This document shows, in pieces, positions 1 to 6,608 of a stretch of DNA of 59,493 nucleotides. Numbering within the stretch: position 1 is the stretch's first letter; each line of letters starts with the position of its first letter. The stretch spans positions 1 to 59,493 of the forward strand of contig JBDRJF010000023.1 in the NCBI GenBank assembly GCA_043815185.1, read 5' to 3'. Position numbers and translations under genes: made by a program. Source of the DNA: Candidatus Omnitrophota bacterium. Lineage in GTDB: Bacteria > Omnitrophota > Gorgyraeia > Duberdicusellales > 4484-171. The notes beneath the pieces are model-generated. The model was not told the origin of the DNA and searched no databases. It saw only the letters and a program-made list of their open reading frames with translations.

Positions 1-645
1 TTTACTTTGGTTTTTAAGCAGATTTTCTATTTTCTTTACTGTCTTCTTCATCTCTACCAGAAAATCATCACCTTCGTCAGGATTATATTGACCGGAAAAG
101 GTCTCTACCATATACCTATATTTCCAGCGCGTCTTGCCTAAAACCTTAATCCACTCATCCAGCAATTCCGGTAAAGATATAAGGCGAAGAGCATGGCCGG
201 TAGGCGCGGTATCTATAATATACTTATCAAATTTTGCCTCTTCAATAATGTCAACTATAGTTTTAAAACCCATTACTTCATCTATGCCGGGGATAGGTAA
301 GGCAAAAATTGAGTCAACATCTTCCTGGTCTAGGTAAGTAGAAGTATCAAAGATTTTCTTTATCTGGCCCTCATATTTTACCTTGAATTTAGAAAGCGCT
401 TTCTCCGCGCTTATCTCCAAAGCGCTTAGGTTTTTTATGCCCTTTACTTCTTTTATCTCACTACCGATTTCTTGGCCTAAACTATCAGAGAGCGAATGCG
501 CGGGGTCTGTGGAAATAAGGAGTGTTCTAAAATCCTTGGCTAAATAAAGACCTGTGCTTGAGGCACAGGTCGTTTTCCCCACTCCGCCCTTTCCGCCGAA
601 TAAAATCATCTTTAAACTATCTTCTTTTAAGCCGGTTAATGCCAT
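1..645 (-). CDS. ArsA/Get3-family P-loop ATPase (C-terminus runs off the left window edge)
   Basis: Manual minus-strand translation from ATG at 645-643: MALTGLKEDSLKMILFGGKGGVGKTT...LISTDPAHSL...IIDTAPTGHALRL. It has the deviant Walker A GKGGVGKT and the DTAPTGH signature typical of ArsA/Get3. An SD-like GGAAGGA lies upstream. Absent from the ORF track because there is no stop inside the window. Confidence 0.8.
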   Translation of the reverse strand, partial: MALTGLKEDSLKMILFGGKGGVGKTTCASSTGLYLAKDFRTLLISTDPAHSLSDSLGQEIGSEIKEVKGIKNLSALEISAEKALSKFKVKYEGQIKKIFDTSTYLDQEDVDSIFALPIPGIDEVMGFKTIVDIIEEAKFDKYIIDTAPTGHALRLISLPELLDEWIKVLGKTRWKYRYMVETFSGQYNPDEGDDFLVEMKKTVKKIENLLKNQSK

Positions 646-709
646 ACAGCTATCATCCTTCCGCCCCTTTTAGCCGCTCAAGGATAGCCCCTTAAGCGAA
701 TTCGCTGGG

Positions 710-1261
710 TTATTTTTTGATTTTAACTTCTAAAATACCATTTTTATAGCATGAGGTTAGATTTTCCGCTTTCACTTTTGCCGGAAGTAAAACTTCTTTA
801 TGGTATTTCCTCTCGCCGCTTTGAGCTTCAAATACCAGGATGTCTTCTTTTAAATCTATTTTTATATCCTCTTGGCTTACGCCCGGCATTTCAGCATAAA
901 CCCTGATCTCATCTTTCTCATCAAAGACATCCGTGATCGGCTCTCTTTCTTCTTCAACCTTTGGCCCTTGGGGAGTCTTTTTGATATTCCCAAATGACTC
1001 TACAATGGGCTTTCCGCCCACAGCTGTCTTGACCGAAAAACCAAATACTCCCTTCATTCCTTCTTTTAAGCGGCTTAAGTCTATCTCTCCTTCTTTCTTA
1101 ATTTCGCCGCCTGACTCTTTCAAATCTGCCGCAAGGTCAATTAACTTCTCAATACCTTTAAATAAGCCGCTGATGCCAAAATCTCCACTAAAAAGATTGG
1201 CGGATCCGCCTTTGGCGGAAAAATTCACCCCTTCTTCTTCCTTTTTCTTCCCTTTGGCCAT
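710..1261 (-). CDS. Hsp20/alpha-crystallin domain protein, GvpH-like size and architecture
   Basis: C-terminal alpha-crystallin-type domain (DVFDEKDEIRVYAEMPGVSQEDIKIDL...YKNGILEVKIKK) after a Gly/Lys-rich N-terminal region. Lies in the gvpA/gvpN operon. The GvpH assignment is inference from context. Confidence 0.7.
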   Translation of the reverse strand: MAKGKKKEEEGVNFSAKGGSANLFSGDFGISGLFKGIEKLIDLAADLKESGGEIKKEGEIDLSRLKEGMKGVFGFSVKTAVGGKPIVESFGNIKKTPQGPKVEEEREPITDVFDEKDEIRVYAEMPGVSQEDIKIDLKEDILVFEAQSGERKYHKEVLLPAKVKAENLTSCYKNGILEVKIKK

Positions 1262-1286
1262 TCTTATTTCCTCCTCTACCTGAAAA

Positions 1287-1664
1287 TTATTTCTTTGGAA
1301 CAGCCCCTTTCCCTTTACACGTCAAACAGGGCAGGCCACTTTTTTCTCTTCCCCTGCCTTTACAGGCAGGACAGGTTTCAATATCTTTACTGCTCACGCT
1401 TACTACGCCTTTTCCTTTACAGATAATGCAGGTAAGCTCTCTGTTCAGGAACGAGCGCCCCTCTTCGTTACAATAAGCGCAAATAACCGCTGGTGACGAA
1501 ACCTTTACAGTTCCATCGCCTAAGCAGGCAGGGCATCGTGTACTTTTTTTAGAGGGCATCAGCCCCATTCCTTTACAAAATCCACACTTATAACTCGTTT
1601 TGTAAAGAACCTCGCCTTTTTGGCCTACCTTTTGGCTTTTCCAATCAAATGTCTTCCAATACAT
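1287..1664 (-). CDS. Stand-alone DnaJ-type zinc-finger protein (six CxxCxGxG-like repeats)
   Basis: Repeats CGFCKGMG, CPACLGDG, CAYCNEEG, CIICKGKG, CPACKGRG and CLTCKGKG. No J domain. Confidence 0.7.
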   Translation of the reverse strand: MYWKTFDWKSQKVGQKGEVLYKTSYKCGFCKGMGLMPSKKSTRCPACLGDGTVKVSSPAVICAYCNEEGRSFLNRELTCIICKGKGVVSVSSKDIETCPACKGRGREKSGLPCLTCKGKGAVPKK

Positions 1665-1688
1665 TAAAATCCTTATTACCCGCTAATC

Positions 1689-1994
1689 CTAATATTGTAT
1701 AGACATCGTTTTCAGGGGTTTTGTCGGGACATTCCTATGCGTCTTAATTTTCTGTTTTTCGTGTGTTTCGGTTTGCAGCTTTTCAATCCGCTTATTAATA
1801 GAGCCTAAAAGCCTTTTGGCAGTGTTTCTTCTTTTGTCCAATACAAAGATTTCTTTTTCAAGTCTATCCTTTTCTCTTCTAAACATATACAATTCCAGGT
1901 AGGCAGACCTTTGCGCTTTAGGGATAGACCTGGCATTGATAGAATGTATGCTCTTTATTTCTCTAACACCTGTTACATGTAATATTCCTTTCAT
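1689..1994 (-). CDS. Hypothetical small basic coiled-coil protein
   Basis: ORF track gives 1689..2006. An ATG at 1994 with GGGTGG 8 nt upstream is the more likely start. No recognisable motif. Co-directional in the operon. Confidence 0.4.
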   Translation of the reverse strand: MKGILHVTGVREIKSIHSINARSIPKAQRSAYLELYMFRREKDRLEKEIFVLDKRRNTAKRLLGSINKRIEKLQTETHEKQKIKTHRNVPTKPLKTMSIQY

Positions 1995-2177
1995 CTGGAC
2001 TACCACCCTTTTTTATTTTAAGGCAAGCAATTTACTTGCCTTATTTATTCCGCCGGGCCTTAATTATAACCTATCGCCCGGCTTAATCTTAACTTCTTTA
2101 CGAATAACGCTGTATCGTAATCTTATTTTTATTATCGATCTTCGATAAAACACGCGAAAGCGACAATTTCCACCTCG

Positions 2178-3149
2178 CTAAACAAGAACAGCTTCCTTCT
2201 CTATCTTCCTGATACCCCTAACAGCCCCGGTGATACCGCTTTCTTTCTTAACAAGTTCTTTAACAATTTCTTTCACTCTATTCTGATTAGTCTTTGAGCC
2301 GACCCTGCTTGTTTCAGAAGCCAATATATCCTGGCACATCTGCGTAAAAGCCCCATTGGCATTTGCGGGAGTAATGCTTAGAACCTTAAGCGTCTTGGCA
2401 ATCATAATACAGCCGCGGACAGTCGGAGCAAATTCACACTTTCCCGACTCTCTTAAGCCCCTTACGATATTAACGATTATCTCAGAATTTTGTTTAGAGA
2501 GTTTAGACTTTGCCTGGGTTATAGCGACCTCTGTCTCATAGTCAAAATAATCCAGATCCATAGTGATCATCCTGTCCCTTAAAGCATCCTGGCTCCTGTG
2601 CACACCGGCATATTCTTCCGGATTAGAAGTAAAAATAGCGTTAAAATCCGGGTCAACCCTTAAATACGGTTCATCTCCGCCTCTTCCCACAGGTAAGTCC
2701 ATCATCTTCTCCTGCAGGATGGAAAGAAGGATGTTATTTGCCTCAGGCCGGGAGCGGGTAAATTCATCGTAAATTAAAGTAAATCCATACTTACAGGCAA
2801 CGGTGAGGCGATTATCCACCCAGCGTTTTACCATATCCTCTTCTGTCTTTAAAACCCTTGAGATAAATCGGTCTACGACCTTTCTAACTCGATAGCCATA
2901 CTCACCGCCTACCAAATCAGAAGTAGTAAACTCCTCATCTCCGTGAATCATAACCACCGGCCTTTTAATCTTACCGGCTATGTGCATAGCCAGCGTAGTC
3001 TTGCCGGAACCGGATACGCCTCTAAAATGGACCGGAAAACCCGCTTTAATATAGGCAAGGGCCCTCTTGGCAATATCCTTGATATACTTTGTCTCCACAA
3101 AGTCCAACAAAGGAGTTGGCTCTAATACTGTAGTGTTCTCGTCAATCAT
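2178..3149 (-). CDS. gvpN: GvpN-type AAA+ (MoxR/CbbQ-like) ATPase
   Basis: Walker A GVSGSGKTT and Walker B LIYDEF, with GvpN/CbbQ-like length and layout. About 2.2 kb from gvpA in the same operon. The start overlaps the upstream stop as ATGA (3146-3149). Confidence 0.8.
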   Translation of the reverse strand: MIDENTTVLEPTPLLDFVETKYIKDIAKRALAYIKAGFPVHFRGVSGSGKTTLAMHIAGKIKRPVVMIHGDEEFTTSDLVGGEYGYRVRKVVDRFISRVLKTEEDMVKRWVDNRLTVACKYGFTLIYDEFTRSRPEANNILLSILQEKMMDLPVGRGGDEPYLRVDPDFNAIFTSNPEEYAGVHRSQDALRDRMITMDLDYFDYETEVAITQAKSKLSKQNSEIIVNIVRGLRESGKCEFAPTVRGCIMIAKTLKVLSITPANANGAFTQMCQDILASETSRVGSKTNQNRVKEIVKELVKKESGITGAVRGIRKIEKEAVLV

Positions 3150-3490
3150 TTTATATCACCTTTCTTCTTAGCTTCTACAGTTTTATTCATCTTATTCCAG
3201 AGCTTGCTTGCCTCGATCAAATCGGCGCGGATCTCTTTTTCCTTCTTTCTGAAATCTTCCCTTAGCAAAGAGACCTTCTTAACCAGTTCTTCTCTGTCTT
3301 CTTTAAGCTCCTTTGTTAAGCCTTTGGCCATCTCCTGATGAACTTTTCTGCAATGGCCTACGAACTTCCTGGCATTGTCTCTAATCGACTCTGCTTGTTC
3401 CTTCAAATCTTTTATGCTTCTCTTTCTATCTCCATGGGCCGCGGAGATATCTTCACAAAGAGACTTCATACCGCCCGATATGTTGTTCAT
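3146..3490 (-). CDS. Coiled-coil protein, short paralog of the two repeat proteins at 3897-5243
   Basis: Shares the motif F..H.K.HQEMA..L..EL and an N-terminal M..I...MKS..E.I with its neighbours. Translationally coupled to gvpN. Confidence 0.5.
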   Translation of the reverse strand: MNNISGGMKSLCEDISAAHGDRKRSIKDLKEQAESIRDNARKFVGHCRKVHQEMAKGLTKELKEDREELVKKVSLLREDFRKKEKEIRADLIEASKLWNKMNKTVEAKKKGDIK

Positions 3491-3570
3491 ACTCTAATCT
3501 CCTCAAATTTACGAAGCAAATTTAATTCCGGACCATCATAGTTTTTTCTATCAGACGAGAGATTTGCTTC

Positions 3571-3888
3571 TTATTTCCGTACCACCCCTGTACCTCGACA
3601 GACACTGCAGGGGAGGTTTCCATCTACCTTATAACCGCTGCCTTCACAATTAGGGCATTCCTCTTTACAGCCTCGAGATGCAACACTGCCTTTTCCGTTA
3701 CAGGCAGAGCAGGTAACCCGACTATGGGGATGAACGCCAGTGGCCTTACAAAAGGCACATTTAATCCTCGGCTCATCAACCCTAACCTTTCCTGTGCCGC
3801 CGCATACCTGACATGCAGCCAATTTTGACAGCAGATTGAAAGGGTCTTTACCTTTACCCTTACAAAAGGCGCATTTTATTTCACTCAT
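3571..3888 (-). CDS. Stand-alone DnaJ-type zinc-finger protein (six CxxCxGxG repeats)
   Basis: Repeats CAFCKGKG, CQVCGGTG, CAFCKATG, CSACNGKG, CPNCEGSG and CSVCRGTG. Paralog of 1287..1664. Confidence 0.7.
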   Translation of the reverse strand: MSEIKCAFCKGKGKDPFNLLSKLAACQVCGGTGKVRVDEPRIKCAFCKATGVHPHSRVTCSACNGKGSVASRGCKEECPNCEGSGYKVDGNLPCSVCRGTGVVRK

Positions 3889-3896
3889 CGTCTCAC

Positions 3897-4631
3897 TTAT
3901 CCTTTCTTCTTTCTTCCTCTCTTCTTTCCTTTCTTCTTCCCCTTCTTAACAGCTTCCTTAACTGTGGTTACTTTTTCTCCGGCTTCGATTCTGGGCATTA
4001 CTCCGCCTCTTCGGGATTTGGCTAAAGAGGAAGCCATACTCTGCCATGCACCTTTTGCGTCGGCCATATCAGAGCTATACTCGCCCAAGAGCTTCTTGAT
4101 ACTGCTGACTATGCCGTCAACATATCTAGCTAAGCTCTTTTTTAAAGCACCACTCATCTCGGCATGAGATTCGTCAAACTCTTTTAACATCTTCTTAACC
4201 TGTTTTTCAAGTTCCTCAGCATCTTTAACAAGCTTGTCTTTTAGTTCTTTTGACGTCTTGGTCCGATCCGTGCTCATCTGTTTAAGCACACCCTGAGCTT
4301 CCTTGAGTAGACCTTTCACATACTTTGCCACATTTTTAACGAAGCCGGCCAAATCCTTAGCCTGTTGTTCACTCATCTCCTGGTGGTTCTTCTGGAATAT
4401 TTTGAGCATATCTCCTACAGTCTTAGACAAATCCTTAGCAAAATCAGCTAAATTCTTAGCCTGTTCGCTGGCCATCTTCTTCCTATCCGCGGCAAACCCT
4501 TTTACATCCTTCCGTGCATCAGCCAGTGCCTTGCGGGTATCAACCACTAAATCACCCAAAGCCTTGACCCGAAGATCATAGGAAGCAATGATGTTTTCGG
4601 TAATACTTTTCATACTATCAGCTATTCCCAT
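3897..4631 (-). CDS. Coiled-coil repeat protein with a 33-residue period and a Lys/Gly/Arg-rich tail (candidate GvpC-like shell-binding protein)
   Basis: MASEQAKNLADFAKD... and MSEQQAKDLAGFVKN... start exactly 33 aa apart. At DNA level the 11-mer cttagcctgtt recurs at 4356 and 4455, 99 nt apart. The C-terminus reads KKGKKKGKKRGRKKKG. Confidence 0.6.
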   Translation of the reverse strand: MGIADSMKSITENIIASYDLRVKALGDLVVDTRKALADARKDVKGFAADRKKMASEQAKNLADFAKDLSKTVGDMLKIFQKNHQEMSEQQAKDLAGFVKNVAKYVKGLLKEAQGVLKQMSTDRTKTSKELKDKLVKDAEELEKQVKKMLKEFDESHAEMSGALKKSLARYVDGIVSSIKKLLGEYSSDMADAKGAWQSMASSLAKSRRGGVMPRIEAGEKVTTVKEAVKKGKKKGKKRGRKKKG

Positions 4632-4661
4632 TTCTTATCCCTCCTTTCAAATTACCGGCTC

Positions 4662-5243
4662 TTATTTAGCCGCGGCCATTGTTAATTTTCGTCCTGAAAA
4701 AACCAAATCTTGCTTTGCGCGGATATTGTTTACCGCCTCTTTAAAATCCTTGACCTCTATGGCTTCTCCTTTATCTAAAAGGCTACGCAGCGATTCAGCC
4801 ATTTCTTTATGCTCGCTTTGAAATTCCTTAAGGGTAGTACTCACTTCATTTTCTCTGGCCTTCTGCCTAGACTGAATATTCTCTAAAGTCTTTTTAAAAT
4901 CCTCTATCTTTACCTTTTTGCCATCTCCCAGGTTTCTCTTAAGAAGTTCAGCTATCTCTTTTTGTTCCTCAAAGAAGGTCTTTAATAAATTCTTTACTTC
5001 TTCTTCGCTTTCATCTTGATAAATGAAAATATCCCCGATCATATTGTCAAAATCTTTTCTCCTTAGGGATTCTTCTTTAGCCAGGGTCTCTTTAAGTTGT
5101 TCACTCATCTGTTTTCTTTCGGCTCTAAAATCTTCCAAAATCTGGTGAGTATCATCTACGATCTTCGCTACGGTCGAAACTCTGGCTTGGTAAGAAGAAA
5201 CAATCTCTAAAGCAACTCTTTTCATGTCTTCGGTAATTCCCAT
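4662..5243 (-). CDS. Coiled-coil repeat protein (three ~45-aa repeats), paralog of 3897..4631
   Basis: N-terminus MGITEDMKRVALEIVSSYQARV parallels MGIADSMKSITENIIASYDLRV. It has the repeats F..E.K(E/Q)(M/I)(A/S)E.L...L.......DF......I. Confidence 0.6.
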   Translation of the reverse strand: MGITEDMKRVALEIVSSYQARVSTVAKIVDDTHQILEDFRAERKQMSEQLKETLAKEESLRRKDFDNMIGDIFIYQDESEEEVKNLLKTFFEEQKEIAELLKRNLGDGKKVKIEDFKKTLENIQSRQKARENEVSTTLKEFQSEHKEMAESLRSLLDKGEAIEVKDFKEAVNNIRAKQDLVFSGRKLTMAAAK

Positions 5244-5293
5244 AATTACATTCCTTTCTAAAGGTTAAAGAAGGACCTCCTTGGCGCGATATG

Positions 5294-5319
5294 CCCTTGA
5301 CATCAAAGATGTCAAGGGG
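5294..5319 (-). terminator. Perfect 11-bp stem / 3-nt loop hairpin about 40 nt downstream of the gvpA stop (attenuator or mRNA-stabilising stem-loop)
   Basis: cccttgacatc-aaa-gatgtcaaggg. No U-tract follows, so it is not a classical intrinsic terminator. Confidence 0.4.
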
Positions 5320-5358
5320 ATGTCTCGGCAAGAATCCCTCTTAGATATTGACCAATCC

Positions 5359-5574
5359 TTATGCTGCTGTAGCTGTTAAACCAATGGCTTCAGCATACTT
5401 AAGATAAGTCTCGACTGATGCCACTACTACTCTGGCTTCAATCGCGAGTATTTCAATACCCACTAAAGAAACTCTTACCCAAGCATCAACAATTACGCCC
5501 TTATCCAGGATTCTGTCAATAACCTCAACCAAACTGGAAGAACCAATTGCTTTTTCTACTGCCATGTTCAACAC
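5359..5574 (-). CDS. gvpA: Gas vesicle structural protein GvpA
   Basis: 71 aa. [54 protein letters not shown] is the hallmark GvpA core. A strong SD AAGGAGGTG lies upstream. Confidence 0.95.
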   Translation of the reverse strand: MLNMAVEKAIGSSSLVEVIDRILDKGVIVDAWVRVSLVGIEILAIEARVVVASVETYLKYAEAIGLTATAA

Positions 5575-5633
5575 CTCCTTCTTTTTTAGATTCCGCTTTT
5601 TTCAATTTAAGGAAAGCGGTTAACCCTTCTATT

Positions 5634-6350
5634 TTACTTCTTAAACACCTTGCCTAAAAAACCTTCAGCTTTACTTTTCGCTCCTAAACCAAAGCTAAGA
5701 GCTAAAGCTAAAATTAACCCGCCAAGAATAATATCTTTAGAATTATTAGTCAAAATAACTCCTAACCCCAAGCTGTTTAAGGCAATCAACCCGGCAACAA
5801 CAATAATGGCATACTTAGCAATGTTGGCGAGTATCTGAGCCTGAGCAATTCTGACATTTCCTCCTACCAAGGCGATTATCCCTGAAATAAGTATGGCCAA
5901 AAAAATCCCTAAAATTAGTATAAACACTGCGGCAATTACATTAGGGATATAAGAAAGAATTTGTGCTGTTATTCCGCTAGTAGTTAGTCCGTAAAACTCT
6001 AAAGCCACGATTAAAGTGCCAATGATAATTAAAAAAAATATTATCTCCGTAAGTAATTCACTTAAAGAAAGTCCAATGTTGCCTTTTTTGAGAATCTGAG
6101 GGATTTTGGCTTTCTTAGCCCCTTTTTCTAACTTAATAATCACCAGTAACTTTGCCACCAAGGCAACAATTCCTACTGCAATCAAAGCCCCAATCACCAA
6201 GATAAGCAACAATCCCCCTAATTTCGGCAAGTACTCTCCCAATTTAGCCAAACCAGTCTTAGCCGGTTCTAACACTCCAGCAAAAGCAGGCATAACCAAC
6301 AGGCTCATAACCACGGCCAAAAATACCCCTACTCTACTTACTTTCTGCAT
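5634..6350 (-). CDS. Multi-pass membrane protein with signal-like N-terminus and repeated Gly/Ala/Ile/Leu-rich TM helices
   Basis: MQKVSRVGVFLAVVMSLLVMPAFA is followed by several hydrophobic spans. It is the first gene after the sigma-54 promoter, immediately upstream of gvpA. Confidence 0.55.
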   Translation of the reverse strand: MQKVSRVGVFLAVVMSLLVMPAFAGVLEPAKTGLAKLGEYLPKLGGLLLILVIGALIAVGIVALVAKLLVIIKLEKGAKKAKIPQILKKGNIGLSLSELLTEIIFFLIIIGTLIVALEFYGLTTSGITAQILSYIPNVIAAVFILILGIFLAILISGIIALVGGNVRIAQAQILANIAKYAIIVVAGLIALNSLGLGVILTNNSKDIILGGLILALALSFGLGAKSKAEGFLGKVFKK

Positions 6351-6413
6351 TACCTCACCTCCCTTTTTTTCAATCTCCCCTCCAATCTAAACTTATCTCC
6401 TACCTTATATGTA

Positions 6414-6428
6414 GCAACTATCGTGCCA
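6414..6428 (-). promoter_or_regulatory. Sigma-54 (-24/-12) promoter
   Basis: The minus strand reads TGGCACGATAGTTGC, matching the consensus TGGCAC-N5-TTGC with correct GG/GC spacing. It lies about 65 nt upstream of the 6350 start. An NtrC-type activator gene is adjacent and rpoN is in the window. Confidence 0.7.
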
Positions 6429-6608
6429 AATGGTCTAATCAAGAGAAAATTCTTGGATGTATATTGCTTTGTAACTCAAGGAGTTAGAAAAGCGCTTTTT
6501 TTGATTAAACAGGTTTATTAAAAAAAATTTTTGTTTCCCAAAAACATAGAATCAAATCTACACTTTTGTGGAAATTACCTTACGCTGCCCCTCCAGGCTT
6601 ATTGCGGA

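Noticed and set aside
2007-2177. 170-nt gvpN-downstream spacer with hairpins (aaggcaag...cttgcctt; gccgggc...gcccggc) and a TTAAGA-N18-TATAAT-like element, considered as an internal promoter or terminator
   Set aside because: The hairpins lack U-tracts on the transcribed strand and the -35 match is poor. An internal regulatory region is plausible, but the evidence is too weak for a feature call.
3516-3531. Possible internal sigma-54 promoter CCGGAATTAAATTTGC (minus strand) upstream of 3146..3490
   Set aside because: The GG-N10-GC spacing and TTGC -12 box fit, but the -24 box is GGAAT rather than GGCAC. By eye it cannot be distinguished from chance in AT-rich DNA, so it is left unannotated.
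1-6430. Claim that the gas-vesicle locus truly lacks gvpF/L/J/K/G
   Set aside because: This cannot be concluded. The operon is truncated at coordinate 1 and ORFs under 60 aa are not in the track. The absence is stated only for the sequence in view.
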